Source of the DNA: Amoebophrya sp. A120
Taxonomy: Eukaryota; Protista; Dinoflagellata
Length of the DNA stretch: 64,000 bases
Reading direction: 5' to 3'
Assembly: GCA_905178155.1 (NCBI GenBank)
Contig: CAJINV010000003.1
Location: 121,282-185,281 of the forward strand
In this document: positions 36,701-47,800 of the stretch, in pieces
Numbering within the stretch: position 1 is the first letter of the stretch
Layout of the letters: each line of letters begins with the position of its first letter
Notes under the pieces: model-generated
The model's input: the letters and a program-made list of their open reading frames with translations, nothing else
Databases searched by the model: none
Told to the model about the DNA's origin: nothing
Made by a program: the position numbers and the translations under genes

Positions 36701-38818
36701 CGGTTGCCCCCGCGACGCCGACAGCCATTGGATTTCTTGCTCCTGGTGTTGGTGACCAGGGTGGCATGCCTTCCCCCGAGGCGCCAGGACATGGTAGTGA
36801 GCAACAGGCCGCCGCAGCCGAGGTCGAGGAAGCTGCGCAGAAATTGGAGGAAGCCCAGGACGCCAAAAAAGCGGCCGAGGAGACGGACGCAGAGGCGGAC
36901 AAAGTGCTCGAGGAAGCGCAGCAGGCCGCGCACGACGATCCGAAAACTCTATCGAAATGAGAAATTTCCCCTCCCCATAATCCATAAGTACTGCTCAAAA
37001 CCCGACTTTAACGAGTCGTACATTCATAGATCATGTTAATGTTTGTCTTACAGTGAGGACGAGTCGCAGGCAGTAGTTTGTAACCCTGAAATTTTGTCTG
37101 AAAAGGAATGGGAATGTTGGTGTGCTGCACGTAAGTAGCTTTTTGGCAACTATGTACATGACAGAACAGGAGCTCAATCGAGCATGATAATTCGCCCGCG
37201 GAACAACAATCATTCCGCGGGCACCTCAGTCATTGCGTTCTTGCAAGACAGAACAAACGTCGGTTCTATAATTTGTGGCCGAGTAGTTCTTGTTTTTTTT
37301 GTACCAGCATGACAGCTTTCCGTTCTGAGTAGCGTATGGGGAGGAGGGATTCATTTTGCAGCATGATAAACGTCCCTGAAAGTTCGTGAGGACCTGGACG
37401 AGGCCGTAGTGGAGGAACAGCACGCGGACAAGGCCCAGTCGGAGGCCGCCGTGAAGCGGGTCGAACTCGCGGGAGAGGCAGCGGAGTTTGAGGACGCTGC
37501 GACACCCGCACAGATCCTCAAGATTGAGGAAGCTGTGGACACCGCAGCGGAGACCCAGGCGGAGGCCGCTGTCGCGGAGGCGGAGCTGGAAAAAGAAAAG
37601 GAGGACGTGCTGAAAGCGGAAGAGGCCACCAAAGAGGCGGAAGTTGCAGCCGCGGAAGTTCTGGATGAGCATGCTCCGGAGACGGGTGAGGAGCCGGACG
37701 CTGAGGCTGAACCGGAGCTGCAACAGGCGATCGAAAAAGTGCAACACGCGGAAGAACACCTCGCGGAGGAAGAAGCGGAGGAGCAGAAAGCCGCGGAAAA
37801 AGCCGGCGACGCCACTGCTGCGGCAACGGAAGCTGCAGCTGCGCTCGAAGAAGTGGTGCCGGCCGGGATGCAGGAACAAGCGGAAGAAACGATGGCTGCC
37901 GTGGGCGAGGCCGAGGAGGCGGAGAAGGTAGCGGACGCGGCTCTGGAGCAGGCCGAGTTTGACGCCCGCAACGATCCCGCCGTGCCTTCGGAAGTGGTTG
38001 AGAAAGTCGAGGAGGCGGCCGCGAAAGAAGGAGAAGCGCACGACGACGCGAACGCTGCCTTACAGGAGTTGGTCAATGCCGCCGTCAGATATGGCAGAGC
38101 GACCAAGCATCTCGACAACGTGTTGCTGCACGTCCGCACGGGGAAGATTCAGCCCGAGGAGGAGCCCACCGTGGAGGAGGTGAAGGCGGTTGTGGAGGAG
38201 GCCGCGCACCAAGTCAACAAGGCCGAGGAAAAGGAGAACAAGGCGGAAGCCAAAGTCGACGGTGCTGTGGCAAAGCAGGCTGAGACCGAAATTGAAGTCG
38301 TCAAGGCGGGGGGCGAGAATGCAATGGCCAAGGCGGCCGTGGCCGAGGCCAAAGACGAAGTCGCCCAGGCGACGGAAGAGAAGGCTACGGTTTGCAAATA
38401 GTAGCTCCTCTGGGAGGTGGTCGTCTCGATGTCGGAACAACTCGTGATGCTAGTATTAAACTTACGTTAAAGGTGTGGGTGGTCTTCTCGATGAAACTAT
38501 TGTTGCATTGGAGGAAGGCTTTCGCTTTTTCATGGGCAATCCGCCTGAGAAACTGCGTTTTTTGCGCAGTACAGATAATTCAAATTTTCTTCACGACCAC
38601 CATCCGGGAACATAAAAAGGCTAGCATTTATTTTACAAGTTCCTCCACCTTTAATATTTCAGACCACCCAGAGGACACAAAAATATTTGCAATGCATAAA
38701 GGCGGCGGCGAAGCGATCGTTATTCGGGATGATCAAGGACTGGATGCCGCGTTCTTTGAGGGGGTCGAGTTTTCTGAACCTGAAGAAGATGATGAAATAT
38801 CGCAGACAAAAACTGTAA
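33740..38818 (+). CDS. Ala/Glu/Pro/Thr-rich repetitive, possibly secreted protein, paralog B
   Basis: MLKSVGFFLLFSG...KFLQVQHQ; ~28-aa tandem repeats SDHDTGSVAAGHEEEEIAAPAAPATPTA; internal duplication of a ~200-aa Ala/Glu block; three introners. Last exon approximate. Confidence 0.78.
33943..34250. mobile_element. Introner family B
   Basis: TIR as 12639-12959; DR gaagg/gaaca; removal restores ...HQGPTCCGEA. Confidence 0.85.
34315..34577. mobile_element. Introner family A
   Basis: tatcaagtgcaaaaatgtctgggtctgg...ccagacccagacacttttgcacttgata; flanks catgcagg/gctgcagg; frame restored. Confidence 0.88.
34905..35645 (+). repeat. Coding tandem repeat, ~84-bp unit, ~9 copies
   Basis: Repeated gctcctgcgacgccgacg...gatacgggatccgtggctgctggtcacgaggaagaagaa. 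Confidence 0.9.
36950..37368. mobile_element. Older B-like introner, shared with 28126-28560
   Basis: tatcgaaatgagaaatttcccctcccca...tggggaggagggattcattttgcagcatgata; DR aactc/aacgt; removal gives PKT|PLKVREDL. Confidence 0.82.
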
Positions 38819-38907
38819 CTGTTTCACTGTTGTTGTGGTTTTATTGCAGGAAAAATATTAAATCGTATATGGGCTGCATGTCCATGACCATGTCGGTAAG
38901 GGTACTA

Positions 38908-39262
38908 AATTAAATGTATGACCGGGCAGTAGAAGCCTAGCGAGCCTGTGAGTCTAGGCTGAGGCTGGTCGGTCGGTATTCTATACAGACCCTAGCCCTT
39001 CGGCCATTGGTAGCCAGGACCTGAGAACGTTCCCCCAATTAAGAGACGGCAAGCCATTTCGCTTGTAAGATTTGCCCACCCACCCGCCCTGGTGATGTTC
39101 TCTTGTCAGAGCATAGGTCATGAGGCTTCGAGCCGCTTCGCTTTTCGCGGGGCTGGACAGAGGCCTGCGACGTCTTCGCGTCGGTTGTGGCGGGGTGCCC
39201 CATCGCGGGCGCTCATGCCCTTCCGGTGAAGACGGCTTCCCACTGGAAGCCTACGATCATCC
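38908..39262. repeat. Dispersed ~350-bp TIR-less repeat, copy 1
   Basis: Starts aattaaatgtatgaccgggcag, ends near gatcatcc; similar to 40033-40386; absent from the equivalent position of duplicate unit A (~31275). Confidence 0.7.
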
Positions 39263-40032
39263 AAAGGATGATCTATCTCTGGCTGATTCTGTATAAAATA
39301 AAAGGCTGGCCCGAACAGCACTCGGTCGGTCAGGTTGAAAGACGAAGAGCTTGCTCACTGAAGATAATGCATGATGAATGTATGACGGTCATAAGAATGA
39401 TAAGATAGATATCGACCCGTTCTTACTTTTTCACCCGTGGATCGATGTTGGACCCACGAGGCAAACCTTTGGTGGAGAGGACTACACGGGCGAAGCTTAG
39501 GTGCCCTTTCTTGCATTTCTAGCATAGAAATAATTGCATACTTGTTCTCCGCACCACAAGTTCGCAGCGAAACAGTTTTGTCTTGCGATACGACCAAGGC
39601 GGCCACGCCGCAGTGAGGAGGAATGGCGAGGAGATGGACCAAGGCGGCCACGCCGCAGTGAAGAGGAATGGCGAGGAGATGCAGCTTCAACAAAATTATA
39701 CCTAGAACCACAAATCGCCTTTTGTGTTTTTCGATTTTTGTTGCAAAGCTATACCGCTCACCTTGAGAAGCGCGCGCGTCATTCGATTTTTGTTGCAAAA
39801 TTTTTTACTGGGAAAGTTGGCAAGCGAGCAGAATTTACGTTATGTTTTACTTATTTAATTTTTTTTCTCGATCTTCATCTTACATCTTGCGCGTGACTTT
39901 TTCACTTCATAAAAGAGGCAGTTAGTAGAAGTTTTTGCTATACGTCTTTCATTCACGCTAAGAAGAAACTCATGTCATCAAAACGGTAGAGAAGGTGACG
40001 GCAATGTGTTGCTGCCATTTTTGACTTTCGCT

Positions 40033-40386
40033 AATTAAATGTATGACCGGGCAGCAGCAGGCTCGCGAGCCTGTGAGTCGAGGCTGAGGCTGGGCGGTCG
40101 GTATTTTATACCGACTGAACCCAGTACATATTCCGGTAGCCAGATCCTTGATAGGATGAGGATCAGCGGGGGGCCTTCGGGTTTCACGTTTTTCCCCCAC
40201 CCTCCCTCCCTTTGTTTTATCCTTTCATGCTATTGCCACGGATCGATCATGAGGTCTCGCGCCACTCTTGAGGGAGAGTGTGACAGAGACCCATACGATG
40301 TTTTCGTCCAGACGGGGGCATGGTGCTCCATCGCGGGTACGCCTGCGTTCCGGGCGAAGACGACTCCCATCGAGTCATGATCATCC
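40033..40386. repeat. Dispersed ~350-bp TIR-less repeat, copy 2
   Basis: Same start and end as 38908-39262; empty site in unit A reads ttcgctaactattagagttctgcactg (~31870). Confidence 0.72.
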
Positions 40387-41234
40387 CTAGAGTTCTGCAC
40401 TGCAGCGAAACCGAGCTCGAAGAAGTCGCGTATTTTTGAAAAACTACAAGACAGCTTGAACTGAAGCACGCCTGTGTTTTTAACGCAATACACATCAGAG
40501 ATCTTCTACACATAGAGAACTTTTATTGTCTGCAACCTTTCTGTCAAATTATTGAAATTTAAATTTTTCTTTGATAAAATAAAGGATCACGATCAGTGGA
40601 GGCGCTCGTTTTTCTTGCTTCACTAGAGGAGTAGGAACGCGATAAAAACGGACGCTGATCGATTTACCTTCCGATAAGCGATACAAGTAAGATAATATCT
40701 AGAGAATGTAAGGCACTACTACTCCCTACTATCGCATTTCTCTTCGTTCTAGCCAGCCAGTTTGGATGAACTGGATGTAAACGAAAAAGCCGTGGTGCTG
40801 GCCTGGGAGCAGGGAACAATAGATCACCAGTTGTCTTTCCGACGAGACGTGGGCTCTGCATTGAAATTGATGTAGGTCGTGCTTCGACTTCATCTGGGAT
40901 GTCGTAGTGACGTGCGTTTGCTTTGCTGGTTAGACGAATTTACAATTTTGTCAAAATGCGATAGAGGAATTAATTACGTATAAAATAAAGGTTGTAGTAC
41001 GGGAACGGACACGACGGACTCTACCCGTTCGGCATGTGGTGGTTTCTGGCATGATCTACGTGTTCTTGGTGCCCGTCGCTGTACGGAGGAGGATGTAGTG
41101 ATACCTACTAATACTCTACTGCTTCTTTGTTCCTCTTCCCGATGTACTTCTTGTTCACAGCACCGCGCGCTGCTTCACCAGCTTCCGTGACATCAGCGGC
41201 TTCCACGGCTGCTAGTTCTAGATACTCAAACTGT

Positions 41235-41264
41235 GTAGTAGTAGTAGTAGTAGTAGTAGTAGTA
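41235..41264. repeat. (GTA)10 microsatellite
   Basis: Direct reading. Confidence 0.9.
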
Positions 41265-41803
41265 CTAGTACAGCAAGCAACCATCCAGCGGTCGTGTGAG
41301 CAGATGTTGAAAGCTACTCATCATGACGTGGCTCGCTCAACACGTGCTTGAGCTGCTCGAGATCTACTTCCACATTTGATATCAACAACTACGAGGGGGA
41401 GGGAGTGAAAGAAAAAGAGGCGTCAAGGTTTACTTATTTCTCCTTGTTATGTGAAATTAAAGAACTGAAACCCAAAAAATGAAAATCCAATTTCTGGATG
41501 CATCCAGTACCTGAGTGTTGAGTGAGGGTCTGATGGCGCGATCTTGCGGTATAGAGCAGCGATACTTTTTTAGTACCTGAGTGACAGAGGTGACACTCCG
41601 TAGAGCAATGCGGAAATTGATCTAGTCTACTTTGAGAAAAAACGAAAGAGAGGGTGTAAAAAATAAGTACCCCGGTATGGTAATGATGTGGATATAGTGC
41701 TAGCCTTTATGGATGTAGATGAAATAGATAAACACAGCAAAGGACCACGCCTGAAAAGTCGAGTCCGGAGAAGCGAGGAAGTGGCCTGAGGAAAAGAAAT
41801 AAA

Positions 41804-44800
41804 ATGGCAGAGGAGGATATAACAGTGCACAACTCCCCCTCACCCTCATTTGTCATGCAAAATCCCAAATCCAGCCGCGACCTTGTGGCACTGTTTGCAT
41901 GACAGATTCTGGGAGCGGAGCCCAATAAACAGTACTACACTAGGGACATGAATTTGTCATCCAGAGGCCCCACGCGTGATGGTGTTTGTGTTGCCGTTCA
42001 TGCCATACAAATGAGGGGGAGGGGGATTTGTGCACTCTCATAGAGGAGGAGGCGCCACCGGAGCCAGAGATCTTCAACAAATGCTTCGAGACGTCTATGC
42101 AATGCAAATGTGTCTGGGTCTGCACGTATGCAACTTGTCATGCTAAATCCGAATCATGCGAAAGTCTGTGTTGCTTGCATGAGTCCCAAAAGCTGACCAC
42201 TTTCGACCGAGTTGGAAGGGAGTTTCTCATGCAGGATAGGCATGGCAGAGAGAGAGAGAGATCTCACAGAGTCTGTCATGCTAGGTCCCGCATTCCAGAT
42301 CTCATGGGTCACGGAAAAACTGCATGACAAGTTTACACTCGTCCAGACCCAGACATTTTTGCACTTGATAGCGTCGAGTGGACAACTATTCTACGGCGAA
42401 GTCAAGGCGAAGGAAGACCCCGAAGCGACGTATCAAATGTAAAAATGTCTGGGTCTGGAAGGTTGAAACTTGTGATGCGCATTTCAGAACACAGAAAAGT
42501 CTCTCATGCATAGGCAGCAAAAGTTGCCCATTTTCTGTCACCAAAGTCAGGGATTAATGCGGATTCGGCATTGCGAACGCTTCTCGAAACCTGTGATGCT
42601 AGAGCTTCCATGCCAGACCTTCTGTGTCATCCAAAAGCAGCATGATTTTTCCAGACCCAGACATTTTTACATTTGATACGACGGAGGAAAGTGCAACGGA
42701 ATACGTCGCGCACGGCAAAGGGTTGACAATATGGAGCAAAAACACCCTGAGCGGGAGAAAGATTTGCTTCAAGAAGCACACAGGTACTGCACTTTTTAGC
42801 ACCTCCGTCCGGCTTTGGGGCGAGGAGCGCGGTGGAACTTTTCGCTGCGGGATCCGATGTTGACTTGTTCGAGTCGTTTTTCATTGCACAATGTCAAGTC
42901 CAGTTTAGGTCTGGTACAAGCACCCACACTCGTGCTCGTCCTCCGGCATGCATCACTATTTCTTCCGGCATGCATGACTTTTGGCACGACGAGTACTACT
43001 TTCAAATATTATCAGGTGACTACGCCGAGAACGAAATGTCAGGAGACGGAACAATAGAGTACTACGATGGGAGCGTGTACAAGGGGGAGCTTGTGCAGGG
43101 TACTTTCGAGGGCGAGGGTACCTACACCTGGCCCAACAACAGCTTCTACAAAATACCACCTGAAAAGAACTTGTTGTTAGCGTCTACCATAGGAAGATCG
43201 TAGAACATGTACAAAAAAAGAGCAACGCTCATGAAAATAAACTACACATGAGCATTTTTGGGCACGAATGCAGCACATCGCGCAATCTTCACGCGCAGGC
43301 CCACTTAATGTTGACACGCTAGCACAAATTTTCGTTGCGATACGAGGGCACATGGAAGAGCAACGAGATGCACGGCCGTGGCTTATTCCAAATCGACTGG
43401 AGTGGTACCTAATCTAAACTGTTGTTTTTTACCTCTCATTTCGTCGTATATGGGATTTTAGTTTTCAATACATGCAGTTCATGGTCGAACTTTCTCCCTT
43501 TTAGGCGAACATGCAGACGATATTTACATTCCTAAAGAAGAAAATAACGATCACAACAGGTAAATTCCGAGAAGGGCAGTTCCATCGAAACTGTGTCCAG
43601 AATGTGAATACGAAAAGAGCAAGCGTCCTGCTAGTTGTAAAGTGGACATCTTCGTGCAACTATCATCCGAAAAAATCAGTGTTTGTTTACAGACCGCACG
43701 TAGTTGCGTAAATGCATGACGTACAAAATCATGTCGTGGTTCTTGCGACATCCGTCTACGAGGGGCAACTGCCGATACCAATTCCAATCGGAGAAAAAAA
43801 TAAACTGATAGTGGAAGCACGTAAGAATTTTTGCGATTTACAAGACGACTAAATGATACGGAAGTGCGGTGGGTGGACATCCTGGAGGAGATTAGCCAAA
43901 TAGAAATTCAGGAGTTGAGCAAAACGGCACTGCGCAACGACATCGCCCGGGACGACGGCCCACCGGTGATGACCTGCAGCGATCCGTCAAAGATGCAGGA
44001 GCTGATGACCAAGATGATTGAAGAGCAAAACCTAATCCCCCTGCTCGTTCCAGACCAAAGTTTTGGGAGCGGTATGTTGACAACTGGATTCAAATTATGA
44101 TTTCCGTTGATGTAGCATGTAGTGAAGATGATGCACCACCACCAGCTTCAGCTTCATCACATGGGGTACTATGGTAACACAAACACCATATCTTCTTCAT
44201 TTGCGAAGAAAATAAAAATTCCCAAAGGTAACTTTACGCCTCTTGACTGGGTCCACATGTGCGCCGAGCAGAATATGGTTGGGAAAAAACTTCAGAACCT
44301 ACTTAGCATGTCAAGTCGTATGGCATAATGTTCTGTGAAGTTCTGGTGCAGATTTTCAACAGGTGTAGTAAGTTGTAGCAACACACTGTACAGCTGTGAA
44401 TCGGTTGCTTTTACTTGTAGGAAAAAATAGGGTGGTAAGAGTAAGAGTGCTACAACGATGCATGCTGAGGCTTGTGCCCGATGAGGTTCGCGGAGGAGTT
44501 TGCGGTGGATGTCGAAGTCTGCGGCCTACCAAGCGCAGGCGGTCGAACCGGCACCAGTGGAAGGCGAGGAAGAGAAGGAAGAAGGGGAAGAAAACTCGGC
44601 CGGACCACCGATCTGGAAGGACCCGCTCGCGACCCTAGAAAGCAGAATCGTGCATGTGGGACATATCGCAAAGATGAAGAGACGTGGGTACGACTACTCC
44701 GCTCTGCTCTTTACCGCGCTGCAAACGGCACTACTCGCGGAGGATAAAATGTGCCTGGTCTTCGACCAGTACGACGAAGTGAAGTTGCCGAGCGACAATG

Positions 44801-47800
44801 ACATACCCCTGCCCTTAGAACGTACAGATACTTATAATATAGATACTAATTTTTCTGACGAACCCGGGGTTGATGAATTGAATGTTTATGTTGCTTCCAC
44901 CTGTTGTCGTGTCTGTTTTTGTAAAATCAAAAAGGTTGATTGACAACTACGCGACCCGGTGTCACCAGCCAGCTGATTTCGTTTTTGAATATAATGAAGT
45001 TTTGGTCGTCGTTGCGGATACAAAATAAACGAAATAATCTTCGCACACCAGCACCGCCGACGCAGCTGCATGAGGGGGACATGGGGGCGATGGGATCCCC
45101 GCTCGATTATCCTGTGCAAAAGCATCGTACTAGTATGAATTGCATATACCAATTGGGTTTGCATTACAAATTGAATTTGTAATGCGGATCTGCCTTAAGA
45201 TGAAAATAAAAATTTGTAATGCATGACTGCAATCACTACGAGTGCGATACTTTTGCAATTCATATCGATGATGACGAAGCAATTCCCCCCGCACCGACGC
45301 AAACCATTATGGCGCGCGCCTTGCAGCTGGAACGAGAGCAGTCCAAGATCCACAAGGAGAAGCCGGCGCCGAGCGCGTGGAAGCTCCAGGAGTTCTACGA
45401 CGAGTGCTCCCTGCCCATCCGGCTGTGGAACCCGAAAATGTTCCACTACAAGCAATATCAAATGCAAAAGTGTCTGGGTCTGGAAGATTGCCAGACTTGT
45501 CATGCATATTTTGCATGGCCCCTGATGGCTGTAGTGCATGGCCTAGCATCACATATTTCTAGAGGGCTTCCTGTTGCCTATTCTCCATGAGAAATGCAGT
45601 CTCCGTGTAGACCAAACTGGACTCCTCTTTCTGGTCATGCAATACAGATTTTTTTCGAGTCCGAAGACAGCATGACAAGTTGCAATCTTCCAGACCCAGA
45701 CATTTTTACGATCCATAAGCAAGGGAAAATACACGAACTCATCCTAGACTACGCCGCCAGCCGAAACGGGAAAGTCGGAAAGGTACGTAGATAGAAGTTG
45801 TTTATTGGATAATACTGCAGCGGCTGGTCGACGATGATCTTTGCACTCCAGCGAAGTAGGTGTTCAGAGCTGCTTCTAGTGGTTGTAGAGGCTGCTTATA
45901 CTCAATAACATAAACCTATGGCAGTGGGAAAAAAAAACTTTTTTTTTTTGCTACATATGGATCACCCATCGTGGTTAGGAGATAGCTTGTTGGCGGCGAG
46001 AATCGATTGCGTAGCGACAGCGTCTGCCACGGTATTCTGAGCTCGGTAGTCTGAAGGCAAGAAGATGGCCGCATTGGTGGCGCACTGCGTCACGGCTTTG
46101 GGTCCGTCATGGCCGGCGTAGATGTCGAACAGCCAGCCCCTGCAGTGCTGCCGGTTTAATGACAGCAATGCGCGGCCAGCCCAAAGCCAGAGGTGCTGCG
46201 CGCTGGAGCAAACAATAGGCCCACGCCCCAACAGGCGAAACAGGCGCCCGCGCGTGGCCTTTGATTAATTCAAAGCCATGCGCGGTCTTGCCGATGACAT
46301 TGATGCCACGGCCATGGCGCTCTTCCGGCCCTAGGTCTCCGGTGGCGTTTCTTCGCCCTGGCTGTTTTGCACGGAGGCCAGCAGAGTTCCCTCCTGGGCT
46401 GCAAACCGAAATCCTCTTGGGGTGCCCCCGAGGGGTCCCCCAAACCCCCCCTCCTTTGGGGCCCTTTCCGAAAGCTACTCCCCATTGATATCTCCACGAA
46501 AGGGGGTCCCCCAAACCCCCCCCCCTCAAGGGGGGGCCCGGCCCCGCTTTTGTTTCGTTTGCGCAAGTTCGCATATTTCCATAAAATAGTTCTTGAACAG
46601 CCACTAGGCGACTCCGGCCAAAACGGAGACTTGCACAGCCTTGCCGGGAATAAATTCAAGGGCGCCGAAGGTGTCAGCCTATCCTGTATTTGCCGTGTGG
46701 GGCGCTCCCAAAGCTAGGGTGGGCCATGTCTCGAGGCCGTGCGCGTCTCAGCCTGCCGCCTCTAAGCGAACCAGTGAGAATGTCGCTGACTTATCCCGAA
46801 GCCCCTGCCCATACACCAAAGTTCAGAGCTGCTTCTAGTGGTTGTAGAGGCTGCTTATACTCAATAGTGTTGGAAGGGGCTGGCTAAATGCTAGCGTTGC
46901 GACCCGACAAGCCTGCGGTGCGCCATACAGCAAAATACTGCCCGTGAGGGTATGAGGTGTGAGTGGAGTGCTTTACTTTTCCGCTGAATTATCAGCCCGC
47001 CAAAAATCTTCCCTGTGATCATTGATTCTTGCCGGAGTGATAATTCACTGAATTATGTGCACTCCACTTCCTGCTTGTCAACGGGAAATGGAGTGCTAAT
47101 GCATTACGTTGCCACTTCGTGGGTGACTTTTGCCATGCCGGAGTGATAACTCAGTGACTTACCGCTCCATATTCCCCGTTGCCCAACCACCGACCATCCA
47201 CGGGAAATGAGCGGGCAATGCCCTGAGTTATCTGCGTTGCCAGACGCGTTGCCGGAGCCGGACGAGGCCTATCGGCCAGCGGGAAAGCAGTTATCTGAAA
47301 GATTGGGCATCAGATCCCACTCGCCACTCTTCATTCGGCCGGCCGGCCGGGTGAGGAGTGGGACGGATCAGCTATCCGCAGCTCTGGGCCAAAAGCCGGC
47401 TCGAGAAACTCGAGATCGGTGCGGCGACCTGAAAAAAGCGGATCCGTCCCACGTTTCACCCACCCGCCCGGGCAGATGAAATCCCACTCTTCCGGATAAT
47501 TTGTTACCCCACTCACGAACTAGCTCGCAGAATTATCACCCAAGCAAAAGCCACACCGTGAAAGTAGGATTTTATTTTCCAAAAGTGGCAACACAACGGA
47601 ATGCCGCCACGAAGCTCCACACACTCACACTTTTCGCGGAGTGGCATTCCAAGTGATTCGCACTCCTCGGGAGGTCAGAGTGTGGGCGCATGCATGCGAG
47701 GTGGGAGCGCGGCGGGCCGGGCACAATACCACCGGCACGCTGCGCGCCAGAGCTCGCGGAAGGCGCTGGCACAGGAAAGGCCGCGCCGCTTCGGCGGCCT

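Larger units (their letters stand above)
22000..40830 (+). repeat. Tandem segmental duplication: unit A ~22000-32300, unit B ~32310-40830
   Basis: Colinear similarity of upstream regions (22040-23360 vs 32380-33730), genes, and downstream regions (31110-32300 vs 38700-40830). Confidence 0.85.

Noticed and set aside
25237-38440. Long minus-strand and alternate-frame ORFs (e.g. 25237-26322, 35476-36933, 35492-36985)
   Set aside because: Shadows of GC-rich repetitive plus-strand coding sequence.
45919-46820. TIRs or a poly(A)-tailed retrocopy in the first cargo
   Set aside because: Only a weak ~10-bp inverted match, and the T-run is half of an A/T palindrome. The minus-strand ORFs have no recognisable domain.
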